A stretch of DNA of 64,000 nucleotides from Callorhinchus milii (lineage: Eukaryota), in the NCBI RefSeq assembly GCF_018977255.1, contig NW_024704742.1:34908001-34972000 (forward strand), read 5' to 3'. Numbering within the stretch: the first letter of the stretch is position 1; each line of letters starts with the position of its first letter. The translations under genes and the position numbers were made by a program. Positions 51,628-64,000 of this stretch are shown in pieces. The notes under the pieces were generated by a model. That model was not told the origin of the DNA. It worked only from the letters and a program-made list of their open reading frames with translations, and ran no database searches.

Positions 51628-54600
51628 GAGAAGGGGACAGGAACCATCGATTGGCCTTCTGTTAACATGACTCCTTCCCCATTGAAGAAACGAGTGGCAG
51701 GGAGTGAAACAAGACAAGTTAGCCCATGAAATAATCCTTCCTGCTGTATATTCACTCTTCCCACATGACATCTATTACACATTGCATAATTTTTCTATTT
51801 TCATAATTTTTGTCACTTATCTATAAGTTCAATGACATGTTCAGAGACCTAACAACCTATTTGACATCATCCTTCCAGGATACCCACACTACCATTTTCC
51901 CATCACAGCATCAAAGCTGCTTATTAAATCAGTCCAGTGTCCCAGCCTCATCCATTGATACGACCTGTTCCGGTCGTTAATTACCCTCTGTCCTAAAATT
52001 GCCCTTTGCAATCCTGTACCTGCGCCCTTTCGTTTTGTTGCCAAATCAGCTAGACTGTATCCTTTATAAAGATATACTAGACAACAGACAAAATCATAAT
52101 ATTCACTCCTCTTTCACTTTTAATGGTCACTTACTGGAGGTAAATTCCCTCACCCCTGTACACATACATAGATACAGTAGAATTGATATCACCTCCACTA
52201 GGAAGTGCTTTGACCCTGTACACAACTCCAACTATTTCAAAGTTACTTTTTTTTATTGTGTTTCTACCTCTGCCTCCCCTTGTCACAGAGACAGCCCCCA
52301 CCCCTCGCGGGCTGCTTTGCACAAAGAGAGAGAGAGATATAGTCCACCTCTGGGCAGCCTTCCACAGCCTGCTGGCTTTCAGCCTTGAGATAGGCAGGTG
52401 TTGAGGCTGTAGCCATTTAATCAGAAGCTGACCTCAACCGGTTAAGCGAAGCTACTTTTAACCCCTGCTGAGCTAGTCATTAAATCAAACACACCTTATT
52501 AAAGGATTATGGGTAGGTTACATTCTAAACGTATATAAAGATTAATTAAAAGCCTTAAAAGCATTAAACCCTCACAAATATAATCTAACACAAAAACATG
52601 TTTGGAAAGCACCCACAGCTGGATTTATAAGCCTGAAGTGGATGTTCTCAGGTATTTTGTGTAGTATCAAATACTGATCATTGAAGATGCTTTCTGTTCA
52701 CTGATAACTTTTCTTTCATGGAAAAAAATCACCATTCACACATTTGGCACTGAGGAATTTAAGGCACCGAAGGCAAGAGCTGTCACCACAAGCGCAGAAA
52801 ATTGGTTAAAACAGGTTGACAGTTTTTCTCAAATTGAAGCATCTCAGGCCCATTGGTGGGTAGAGCAGAAAGACTGTACCCTATGTGCTACATCTCCCCT
52901 TGATGCTTGATGCTCTTCCTGAGTTCTCCAAATGGGAAAGTGCTCCCTTGCACTAATTATTAATCTACATTTGGTGTAGAGCCTTTCACATTGGGAGGAC
53001 GTACCAACGCTCTTCACAGGATATCCAGTAGTGATTGTGTGTTTAGGAGGCAAATGCAGCAGCCAATTTGTGCACAGAGACGTCCAACAAACAGCCATGA
53101 ACAACAATAACTTGCATCTATACAGCCCCCTTCACGTGAGGAGGGTCTTGGAGCACTTAACACTGGTCCAATTTTATTTTGGGGGTTGTGGCCAGGGCAC
53201 TAAGAGAAACTCCTTTCTCTTTTCGAGTAGTACTGTAGAATTTTCAACATCCACCTGAGCAGGCAAAACGGGGACTCAATTTAACCTTTCATCTGAAGGA
53301 CAGCATCTTTAACAATGCAGCACACCCACAGTACTGGATTGGAGTGCCAGCTTGACTAGATGCCCACACGCCAACATGAGGTTTGGAGCCACAACCTTCT
53401 GACTCAGACGTGCGAATGCTACCGACTGAGCCAGGCTGACTCACATTATCACTGATACCTCTTGCTAAATTCAAAACCACCATTATGAAAGCTTGAAACT
53501 GCACAAATGGAAGATTTTAGAATTCTATTTGCTTATTATTATGTTTAAGCATGTATCCATGCCACAAGTGCTTTGTTACTGCATGTGGAATATAATTACT
53601 ACGGTCTTTAAATGGTAAATGCCAGATGATAGTTTGGTGTCTGGAATGTGCTGATGATAACAATTTTATACATTTATTTATGGTTTGCAAATGCAGGGAC
53701 TTTCTAATTACGTACAGAGTGGCAGCTGTAAAGTTAATGTAACGCTGCTGCATAAATATAACCATGAATCATGAGACAAATATTTTCGACAGAATGTTTC
53801 ACCAAATAGTCATGTAAAAATCTCCAGTCGCCATGGGAACACCAAGCCACAATCCATAATGGTTATAGGTGAAAATCATTACCTGCCTCTCGCCTGTAAA
53901 CCAAATTACCTGTAAACAATTAACACACAAGCTATTTGGTCCACTTAGCCCAGCAGTGGTTAAGGCAGGCTTAAACTGTGTCGTTTTTTTGACTCCATCT
54001 GTCAGATTCTCTGAGCAGCTGGGGCGGTGTTTGTTCCTGTCCGTCATAGATAACAGCACTTTCCTCCATGTTTGGATGCTAGGGGTGTGCGTGAAGGAGT
54101 GTGAGAAAGAGAGAGAGATGCTGTGGGGGTGGGAGGTGAAGAGAGAGGGGGAAGGAGAGGCTGCATTCCCCATTTGATATCTTTTGGCATCAAACCATCA
54201 TTGTGCACAAAGATGCAAGGTAATGTTATAAACTAGCTCAGTTGTAACGATATAGTTAACACAGTAAATCAGTCCAAACAATTTTAGGGAACAAAAGTAA
54301 CATTGGATCTCTCTTACAGGTGAGGCTGCAATTTTAAAATTTTATTTATAAAAATATCCCTCGACAGCAGAATTCAAACCCCAGTCCCAGGGGCGTAGTC
54401 AGTTCCTCAGTCACTATTGCAGGATTTTTACATTCAAAAAATACTATATTTTTTTAACCTTGTAATCTGGAGGAAAAGAGGCAGTTGGAGAGACTCTTTC
54501 AGGTCTTGGTAGAAGCTCAAACCCTTGAGGATCCTCTGACAGTAAGTTACTTTGAAGTGTAGTGATGGTTATGTGGGTAAATTCGTAGCTAATGTGCACA

Positions 54601-54789
54601 AGTAATGTTTGGCAAATTGCAATTCTTTGTAAGGGGGAAAACAGTTGGAATCGGAAGGAATGTCGTGCGGGACACTGGGAGAATTCCTTGTTTTTCAAAG
54701 TAGTGGCATGGGATCACTAACATCACCATCACAAAGCACCACCAGTACAGGCTCCTATGAATATAACACAAGTACATTGATTTTCATAG

Positions 54790-54981
54790 GGGCAGCAGCA
54801 AGTCCAACGACCTGGTCAATGCTGTGAGGAATGCGTGTCCAGGAAAGGGAAGTGTCCATACCAAGGTGTGGTGAGGTATCACGGGGAGATGTGGAATGCG
54901 AGTTCCTGCGAGTTTTGCATGTGCGAAAGGGAACAGGTGGTTTGTCAGCGTGCAGAATGCACCAGGGTGGAGTGCTTGTGG
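54790..54981 (+). CDS. FRAS1: FRAS1 exon (~exon 9), VWC4 end and VWC5: GQQQVQRPGQCCEECVSRKGKCPYQGVVRYHGEMWNASSCEFCMC...VECLW
   Basis: TAG acceptor, GTAAGG donor, 192 nt, phase 0-0. Confidence 0.95.
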
Positions 54982-55434
54982 GTAAGGAAGCATTTTTTTT
55001 CTGTGTTCTCGAAAAATGATCGTCTGGCCTTGCAGCAATTGGTGAAAGAACTATTTATTCTATAAATCAGAGTGGACTAGAAGGAATAGTCAGGAATTCA
55101 GGTCATTTATTCAAAAATATCTGCACATCATGGCATAAAGCATTCCTGCCATTGGTTGTAATCCTGGAACATTTAAAATAGAAGGCTGATGCTGATAATG
55201 TCAGTTAGTACAGCGCCTTCTAACTTAAATCAAACAAAATGCAATTGCTTTTTGGCACTGAATTCATTTCGGTGAAAATGCGCCTTTCTCTTCCTAGTTA
55301 TCTGCATATGCCTGTAGCTTAACTCATTGGGTACCGACTTTTGCAGATAATGTTCTGCTTGGCCAGCAAAAGCTGATGAATAATAATCCTTACATTTGAT
55401 ATAGCACTTTACTACATCGTCAAAAACGTATCAA

Positions 55435-56612
55435 CAACAACAACACGATTTATATTTGTATAGCGCCTTTCACGTCAGGAGGACGTCCCAAGGCGCTGGA
55501 CAGAGTACAGCATTTCAGACCCGAGCTGGGGTTGGGGGGGGAAGGGAGGGGAGGGGAAGGGGGGTGGCCAATGGCATGGTCGAAGAGGAAAGTCTTGAGG
55601 TGGGACTTGAAGGAGGCTAAGGAGGGGGCGCGGCGGAGTGACTGGGGGATGGAATTCCAGAGGTTGGGGGCAGAGTGGCTGAAGGTTCTCCCGCCATTGG
55701 TGGGGCGGGTGGGTCGGGGGACATGGAGCAGGCCGGAGCCGGCTGAGTGGAGGGAGCGGGCAGGTTGGTAGGGGGTTAGAAGGTCGCAGAGGTAGGGTGG
55801 GGCGAGGCATAGAGGGTTTTGTATGTGAGGACCAGGATCTTGAACTGGATCCTCTGAAGGATAGGGAGCCAATGGAGTCGGGCGAGAGTGGGGGAGATGG
55901 GGTCACAGAGTTTGGTGCGGGAGAGGACGTGGGCTGCAGAGTTCTGGATTATCTGCAGCCTGTGGAGGGAGGAGTTGGGAAGGCCGACAAGCAGGGCGTT
56001 TGCATAGTCGAGCCTGGAGGTGATGAAGGCATGAATGAGAGTTTCAGCGGCCTGAGGGGTGAGGTAGTGGCAGATTCGGGCGATATTACAGAGGTGAGGG
56101 AAGGCAGAGCGAGTCATGGCTTGAATTTGGGGGAGAAAAGACAGTTGAGGTCGAACAAGACATCCAGGTTCCTGACTGGCTGGTGAGTTGTAGTGTGCAA
56201 CCATGGAGGTTAATGTTGCCAGAGCCTGAGGTGCTGAGGCGCTGGCGTGAGCCAATCAGGAGGGCCTCAGTCTTGTTCACATTCAACTGTAGGAAATTTA
56301 CCCTCATTCAGGACTTGATGTCCGACAGACAGTCTGTCAGGACAGCAGTGATCCTGGAGTTGAGTGTGGAGGCAGAAAGATAGAGTTGGGTGTCATCCGC
56401 ATATATATGGAAGTTGACCCCATGTCTGCGGATGATGTCACCAAGGGGGAGCATGTAGATATTAAAGAGGAGAGGGCCAAGGACAGAGCCCTGGGGGACG
56501 CCAGATGTGACAGTGCGGGGGCTGGAGGAGAAACCGTTGGAGGCAACAAAGTGGAGACGGTGAGAGAGATAGGAATCAAACCAGACAAGGGCAGGTCCGT
56601 GAAGATTGAGTA
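55435..56612 (-). mobile_element. 5'-truncated L2 (LINE2), RT C-terminus + 3' tail
   Basis: FLQLNVNKTEALLIG, LIHAFITSRLDYANALLVGLP, LHWLPILQRIQFKILVLTYK, NLWNSIPQSLR...SFKSHLKTFLF; (GTT)n tail. Confidence 0.93.
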
Positions 56613-56899
56613 AAGCAGAGCAGGATTTACCTTGGACTACTTTATGTATTTTGTAGGTGAATCCAGAGCTAAGACGGGAAGCAGCTCGCTATTAGGTTGT
56701 AATGTTAAAATGACACATCATTACATTTCTACACTTGGTTATCAAGAATGTATTGAAGTAAATAACCTACATGTGAACTGGAAATACAAGGTTTTGAGTA
56801 AAACCTATCTTTTTAAGCGCTCATCTATAGAATCTCAGTGTTTCATTTTACCATGTAGCTAATTTATATTTTGATGAGAGAAATTGTTATTGAATGCAG

Positions 56900-56989
56900 G
56901 GTGAAGAGCTGCTACTTTTGCCTGGAAAGTGTTGCCCTGAGTGCATACCCATTAGCAGTTACTGTGTTTATCAAGAGCAAGCCAAGGAG
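56900..56989 (+). CDS. FRAS1: FRAS1 exon (~exon 10): GEELLLLPGKCCPECIPISSYCVYQEQAKE
   Basis: CAG acceptor, GAG|GTAGGT donor, 90 nt. Confidence 0.94.
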
Positions 56990-58027
56990 GTAGGTACCTA
57001 TCTGCAATAATATTAACAAAATTAATATATTAATCCTTGCATCTGATATAGCTCCTTTTCACATCATTGAAACATCTCACACTGTGTCACAGGAATTATA
57101 TAGTAAAGTCTGGTGACTTTGTTTTTGTTGGTCAATGTGGTGGCCAATTTGCACATAACAGTATCACACAAATAGCCATGAAGTGCATGACTGATTTCAT
57201 CTGGGGGATCATTAGCCGGCAAACAGGAGAAACTCCCCTCTCGGTATACTCAAGAAAACAAACGTAATGGAAGATGCTTTCATGCTGCTGTAGTTATGCC
57301 AGGAAACATTGATCGACCTCGATAAACACTTCTAATGTGAAAAATTGCATTACTAGGTTAACCATTGTGCGTTAAATTGTCTGCGTACACTTGATTAACT
57401 AAGGAAAGCAAGTGTGCAAGAGTAAATTATATCAGTAAATCTAATGAGGATATAACTCATGAAAAATTATGGGGATGCGAAACGTAAAGGCTTAGTTTGA
57501 GATGCTTTGAATGATCTGACTTAAATATAGAAACTTAAAAGAAAATTCAACTTTGTTGGAACCTAATTTAGGTCTGTTACATGTAAGATCTTATGCTGAA
57601 TTTGTTCGAAATTAACCTTTGTTTTTCTATCAGAAATGTAAACCTTACCTAGAACCTCCTGTTTTCTTCTTTTGCTATATGTAGGTTGTGTAGAAAATCC
57701 ATAGTGAAGTGTTTGAGTGGCTGCCAAATGACTCGTGCTGCCAATCTTCACGATTATCAAGCCTAATATAGTGACATTTGTACACAGCTGCTTACGTATT
57801 GTGTCTGGTCCTACATGCTATACTGCCAAGAAAATGGGGAAGTGGGGAATGGGGGATTGAGACAATGCAGAGAGAGATGGGAATCTAAACCACAGGAGAC
57901 TGCATTTTTAGCTTCATGATGGTATTAGGACACTTCATACAAATATGCAAATATACATTAAGAGAAGAGGCATGCACAGATGTCTTAATTTTCATTGTAG
58001 CATAATATTTACTCTCTTTTCCTTCAG

Positions 58028-58066
58028 ATGCATCCTTCTGATTTGAAAGGTGAAAAGCATCTTGTG
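58028..58066 (+). CDS. FRAS1: FRAS1 micro-exon (~exon 11): MHPSDLKGEKHLV
   Basis: Strong tract (ctctcttttccttcag), GTATGT donor, 39 nt, phase 0-0; fills the short linker present at this position in recalled mammalian FRAS1; sequence poorly conserved. Confidence 0.75.
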
Positions 58067-59261
58067 GTATGTAGATCCTGTTTGGTTCTTTTACAGTTTG
58101 ATTCACAGTTTCCACAAAAGGAAGAACTATCACAGGTGAAGGAACAATCACTAAACCATAATTATAAAATCTAATCCCTACAAAATATAACCGGTCATTT
58201 TATCGAATTAATTGGCGTGAATAACAATACCCTGATTTTCCAAAAATTCTTAGCAAGATAATAAATTACTATAATTTGAAATAGGTTTTTCTATAAATAA
58301 CTCTTTTTGAGTACTTGTTGAAAAACTGATGGAGAATATTCCCACCAAGGTTTATTTATGCATTTCTGAGAGTCCAGAATTCTTAAAAGTTGTTTTTTAA
58401 GAATTACATAAACTCAGCTTCAAATTGAACAATTTGCTAATTTCTGGACATTCTAAAATGCTACATCGATGGAGTAAATCTGAAACCAGGTAGAATTTCT
58501 CCTCACAAAACTTGTTCTAATTAACATTCTGGTTGTTCAAATGGGACATAATGCAAACAATATTGCTCTGATCATGAAATAATGCCTAATCTTCTTGATA
58601 AATGAAATTGAGATGTGATTTTTGAATGATCAATCGACCTGAAGGACTGTTGCCTAGGACATTACCTAACTCCCTTGTAATTTCAAATTACGGGTTCTTT
58701 AATATCCGCCTGAACAGGCAAATGAGACCTCAGTTTAACGTCTCCTATAGATTGATTCTATTTCTTATGATTTCAGAGTGGCTAAAATTTGGTAAATTGT
58801 TGAATTCAGTGTTTACCTTGAAGCCAGTTTTATGTAGAAAATGAAGATTATATTTAATACTGTATTCTCTGAAATATTAAGAAAATTTAGTAAATCTAGA
58901 CCCAAACGTCAGCTACAGGGGTATAGAGAATGGGCAGGTAAATGGTATTTATAGGATAACTCTTAAGGGAGCCGGTACAGGCACAATAGGTTGAATGGCC
59001 TTCTTCTGTAAAGTAAACAGTAAAAGAACAAAACCATAAATTTCTATGGTTTTACCTCCTTATTGCTTAAAAAAAAATTCAATTGCCGGACAATAAAAGT
59101 GAAACGTACATTAGAAATGTCAAGCCTTATTCTGCTATCATTTGCAATTTATTAACCAATTTTCAAGCACTTGATGTATTAGCTCTTTATTGATTTTAGA
59201 GCAAAGAATTGCTTCACTGAGAAGTTCCTTTTTTAAAACAAAAAATCCTGCTTTGAAATAG

Positions 59262-59409
59262 AATGGAGAAAAATGGACTGAAGGCCCTTGTAAAGAATGT
59301 GAGTGCCGAGATTCACAGGTGATCTGTTATAAACCCTCCTGCCCTCCATGCCCTGTTGGGACACTTGCTGTAGAAATCAAGGGAGTGTGCTGTCCAGAGT
59401 GCTATCCAG
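59262..59409 (+). CDS. FRAS1: FRAS1 exon (~exon 12), VWC6: NGEKWTEGPCKECECRDSQVICYKPSCPPCPVGTLAVEIKGVCCPECYP
   Basis: TAG acceptor, CAG|GTATGT donor, 148 nt; PSCPPCPVGTLA matches recalled FRAS1. Confidence 0.96.
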
Positions 59410-60166
59410 GTATGTGGAATATCTTGAATATCAATCAGATTGATTTGAACCTTGAAATTCCATTGATCATTACTGTAAACCTGGATTGTACAAATATTGA
59501 GGTTTAATGCACACTTGTACATTGGGTGCATTTAATGTTCCTTGTACAGTCCTGAGGCCTCGTTCCTAGTTTTGTATTTTCGGGCTTAGCATCAAACTGC
59601 ATTTAAAGGACTTGCTGACACATTAACTTACACTGTGGAATGATGTCTCTCAGAGAGGTTCTCACTTAGACGGTCTCCTAGATAGTGGATCCAGCTAAAG
59701 TTAACTTGGGCACTCTTGTCTTAAAGTGCAAACATGCGTGCTCTTAACATCCAGAATTTTAAGATTCTCCACCTTTACTTACAAATCCTAGTATTTCCAT
59801 ACATATCTAGCAATATAACTTAGACCCGTGAGTACATATCAAATATCCACAACACAAATTACAGATGACCGTGATATAGATAAGGTAGGACTAGACTGTC
59901 TGTTTAATTAATAGACACCAGTTTGGCAGTTTGGCTGATACCATGCTTTCTGATCACTATTCTTTCAGTGGAAGTGAAAATGTTTCAACTTCGAAAAGAC
60001 AGAAGTGTGTCTCTCCAATAGCCCAAATAAATAAAACTGTATTTTGTTTGAAATTTACTTTGTGTTTTATATGTTTGTCAACAAAAGAAATGTTGAATGA
60101 ATAGAGTTATCCGTGACCTCGCCTTGTAAGATGATGTTAGTGATATATTTATGACTTAACTTACAG

Positions 60167-60310
60167 CTCAATGCCACTCTGACTGTCTGACGTGCACGCA
60201 GTCACCCGATCATTGTGACGTCTGCTCCGATAAGGGCAAATATTTGCAGAATGGCCGCTGCCTGCCAAGATGTGACCCTGGGTTCTATGAGGATGGTAGA
60301 CTATGTAAAG
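60167..60310 (+). CDS. FRAS1: FRAS1 exon (~exon 13), furin-like repeat 1: QCHSDCLTCTQSPDHCDVC...CDPGFYEDGRLCK
   Basis: CAG acceptor, AAG|GTGTGT donor, 144 nt, phase 1-1; CHxxCxxC..C..C..GFY furin-like pattern. Confidence 0.95.
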
Positions 60311-61887
60311 GTGTGTGTAAGATTCACGTGTAGTGTCTTCCTTAAGAAGTGCATAAACCTTCAAAGTTAAGACTTAATTGAACAATTTGCCAAATTCTGG
60401 ATGCTCTGAAATGCTGGTTAATAGAGTAAATCTAGACCCAGGCGCTTTTGGGGTTCCTGCTGAAACCTGGTGAATAATAAAGGATATTTACCATCTCTGT
60501 AATGTTTTACCTTTGAGTTAAGTCATTGAAAGCTGAAAAATATCTGGGACACTATAAGTAATAATAATACTTGCTTTGATAAAGCGCCTTATCAGTCATT
60601 GAGAAATCTCAAAGCGCTTCACAGTATATACTGTAAAGTGAATTTACTGTGGATTTTTTGGGCAAAATGCAGCAGCCAGATTGCGCACAGTGGCGTCCCA
60701 CAAAAGGCCATGTAAGTAAGTCTGCTCTTGGAGATATTCTAGCTATTATCAGAATGGACTATTTTTCTTTCAAGATTGTAAGATTTGTTTCTTATGAAAT
60801 AAGCAGGAAAAACAATTGAATTAAATGACAATGGAGTACTTTGTGTCAAGGTTACTGTTAAGATAATAGTTGTATTGCAATAATATTGGAACATTATTGC
60901 TTTCTCAATGCGGAATGCCCCTTGGCCTCTCCTCAATTTTTTGAGAATGGGCATGTTGTGCATGTCCACGTATCGTATTTCTATATCTTTGAGCACAGAA
61001 TAGTCTAACTTCAAACTCTTGGATTTTCATCAGATTTGGTAGATCTCTTCATCTCATGAACCTCTCAACTATTTCTGCCAAAGAATATCCTAGAGCTTGC
61101 ACTTTTTGTTACTTTGGAGCCAGCCAAAATGGTGTTTTCGCTTCCTATACGTTCTTAAGCTTTTAAGTTTCAGATCACTGAACTGTGAAGAAAGCCTTAG
61201 GATGCCAAGTTTATTCTTGTTCGAAAAAAAGGAAGATAAGGGAAGACATGTTCCATCTTTTAAACTAATGAAGGGAATCTCTAAAACAGATTTAGTTTGT
61301 TATTTTGAACAAAGCAGGAGAACCGTAAAATGTGATTCTCAAGCTACAAGTTAAACTAGCCTTCAGTACTTATTTCTTTATACCTAAAGGCTGTCAGCTG
61401 TGGAATGGATTTTTGCCTGGCACAGTGATTGATGACTAAATTAAAGTGTCCAGATTCGGATTAGACAGATTCTTTGACTCAGCTGCTGGTGGATGTTGAG
61501 GAGACAGTGCAAGACTTTCCACAACACGGAGAGAATGTGGTAAGGTCAAACCAGCGGCTGTCAAACAGCCACTTGTAGCTGGCTTAAGAGCATCATTGGC
61601 AGCATTTTGACTCCACTTTTTCAGATGAGGAATCCCCATCAAGCCAAGACCCCAAAGTGACGAAGAATAATACATAAAGTGATCTGGTTTGTTCAGTATT
61701 GCATGTTAGTATTTAAATTGCAGGAGGTAAACAGGGCATTTTAGCGACACTTAGACCTGAAAGCTGTAACTCCTCCTGAATCAGTATAGATCCTTTGCTG
61801 GCATTCTTTTCAGATACATCCTTTTTTTTAGAACAGTATGTTTGACCAACATTTACTTCAACACATTTCCCTTGTTTACTTACGCAG

Positions 61888-62022
61888 CATGTAAGGATTC
61901 TTGTGCCACCTGTAGTAATCGGTTTGAATGCACTTTATGCAAGGAGTCGCTGATGATGAAGTACGGTCAGTGTATGAATTCCTGCGGAGATGGGATGTAT
62001 CAGGAAGAGCAGCGGTGTGCAG
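61888..62022 (+). CDS. FRAS1: FRAS1 exon (~exon 14), furin-like repeat 2: CKDSCATCSNRFECTLC...CGDGMYQEEQRCA
   Basis: CAG acceptor, CAG|GTAATG donor, 135 nt, phase 1-1; gene continues beyond the window. Confidence 0.95.
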
Positions 62023-64000
62023 GTAATGTGGACAGGACTATTGCGCATTGATTGCTTGGAGCTCTTTGTGAAATCATCGCTACCAAGATCTTTGTTGTAA
62101 ATGAATCAAGCAATCTCATCTATCTCTATAGATGATACAATGCTAATTTTTTAAGGCATTAAGGAGATTTGCTTCTTACGGAAAGGAATAAAGTATGTTT
62201 TTTTCTGTAAATGAGGTGAAAACAAATGAATACTGCACTATAGGATTATATTGTTACATATTCAGGAAAGTGGAAGTTGACATTGAGTCATGCCTTGGAT
62301 AGGTACAGTGAGACTGCTGCAGGCTACATGGGACAAACCTTGTCAGAAGCAGTCACACCTGTATTTACTCAAAGCACAACAATGGAATAATTTTAATTCC
62401 TCCAGATGTAAAATGCAACAATTTCAAATAAGGTTTCTTAATAGGAACTCTGAGATGAACATCCTCTGGTAATGAAAGTATGTAACTCTAAATCCATTCC
62501 AGGAGTGGTCCGATCAGAGTTCTTCAAGTCAGCCTAATGTACTTCCAGTTACAGTTATGAGTCTCTATTTGCAACTGGGTTCCTATAAAGGAATCATGTT
62601 TGAAATTACCATGTATTAGATTTAATGGTATAAATGAAATAGCCATGGGTTAAATGTAGATACCTTGCCTATGAGGCAGAACTCTATTAGTGACTCATGA
62701 GATATTTGATCTTCCTCATTTGTGGGATACAAATGATATCCCATATTAGCCAGCAGCAGCATCTATTTATACCAAGAAGAATGCCTGTGTGGTCCAAAGC
62801 ATCTTCTGAAGTATTCTGCATGGTGCCATGTTTAAAGCCTGTGACGTTAAATACGACAACTGCAATAGATTACTTTATAGGACTACCATTTTACAAGACA
62901 GATCTCTGTATGGTTATTCCTGCGCATTTTACAGGGTGCTATTCGATGGAGACAGCAGCTAAATAATTAGATGGGCCTCATCACTTGTGTTTAAGCTTTT
63001 CAGCATGATCCTGGCACTGTCTGAGTGCCAAATATTTGCATGAAGATGTCAGACATGTTTGGCAGGCATCCCTCAAGCTGATGGTTCAGGTGTGAAGTGT
63101 GAAAGAACCGTTGCTGTTCAACGGGCATTTTTTAAAAATAATTTCACTCTATATTCATGGCTATGTTTATGTGGAAGCGCTCAGAAACCGCATTTTTAAA
63201 AAGTATTTCGGTTATTCATTCATTTTTGATCTTAATAGAACATTGAATTTGTTTGGTTGGCTTAACTAGGAAACCCAGAACTAGTCTCATCAGTGGTGAC
63301 TGCAGGCAGCTTGGCTCAACCACCTTGACAAAGTTCTGGCGGGTGTTGGGGGAGGGAGGTCGAGGGATGTGATAATTGATTATAATTATTAACATAATTA
63401 TAAATAATTATGTGATGCGATAATTGTCACTGGTGATTCTTATCACCTTGCAAGTTTCACAGCAATCTCTTTGAATTGGACCTATGAATGAAAATGATAA
63501 AACTACTGTAAATCAATATTTACCCTGATGCTAAAGTGCTCTCTCACTGTTTGCAGACTTCAAAATGGCAGCAAAAGCATTCAGCTGTTATGGCAGATTG
63601 GTTACATTTTGGAGATTGCCCAAGTAATTCCTACATTTTATAAAGTTACAATCACCCTTTGTTCCCACACTTTATTGTGCACACATTTTGATTAGAGGTG
63701 GCTTTGGAGCACACATGTTATCGCAGAGCTCATGAAGGTTTGTGGGAGATTGTGAAGTTTTGCTCCAGTGTTATCAATAGTCAGGAGTGCTGTTCACCCC
63801 ATGGTACTCCCACAGCAGAGTATGACTCCAGCTGTGTAACTCCAGATGTCCAGAAGCTGGGAGTCCTGCCACAAAGACCTTTCTCGTGTTACAATCTCGC
63901 TTGCCTGAGCTGCTTGGCAGATTGACACTTTCTGACTGCCAGAGTTGGCTACATTGGCCGAAACTCTGCCAGGTCAATCAGTTAAATATTCTAACCTGCC

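Noticed and set aside
55450..56613. Cluster of overlapping 66-159 aa ORFs on both strands
   Set aside because: All derive from a frameshifted GC-rich L2 copy
1..64000. CRISPR array, operon or other prokaryotic/viral system
   Set aside because: Repeats are dispersed retroelements without regular spacers; the sequence is intron-rich vertebrate DNA with no long viral-type ORFs

Overview
Vertebrate genomic DNA, AT-rich and repeat-rich. The CR1, L2 and tRNA/Deu-type SINE content points to a cartilaginous fish, possibly a chimaera (inference). The + strand carries 12 consecutive GT-AG coding exons of FRAS1 (37484-62022), equivalent to human exons 3-14 by my recollection. They encode the von Willebrand C repeats and the first two furin-like Cys-rich repeats and splice into one open frame. 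Positions 1-37483 would then be intron 2; exons 1-2 were not found. The main unexplained signal lies in that intron: a chain of - strand exon-like segments at about 32.6-23.8 kb, possibly extending to about 17.7 kb. They can be joined in phase into a protein I cannot assign to a family, and include an exactly duplicated 70-nt exon that may be mutually exclusive. This is a candidate nested antisense gene built by eye with post-hoc splice-site choice and needs RNA-seq or homology confirmation. Also noted: near-identical inverted SINEs bracketing FRAS1 exons 7-8, a 137-bp inverted duplication in intron 4, and several nested retroelement insertions.
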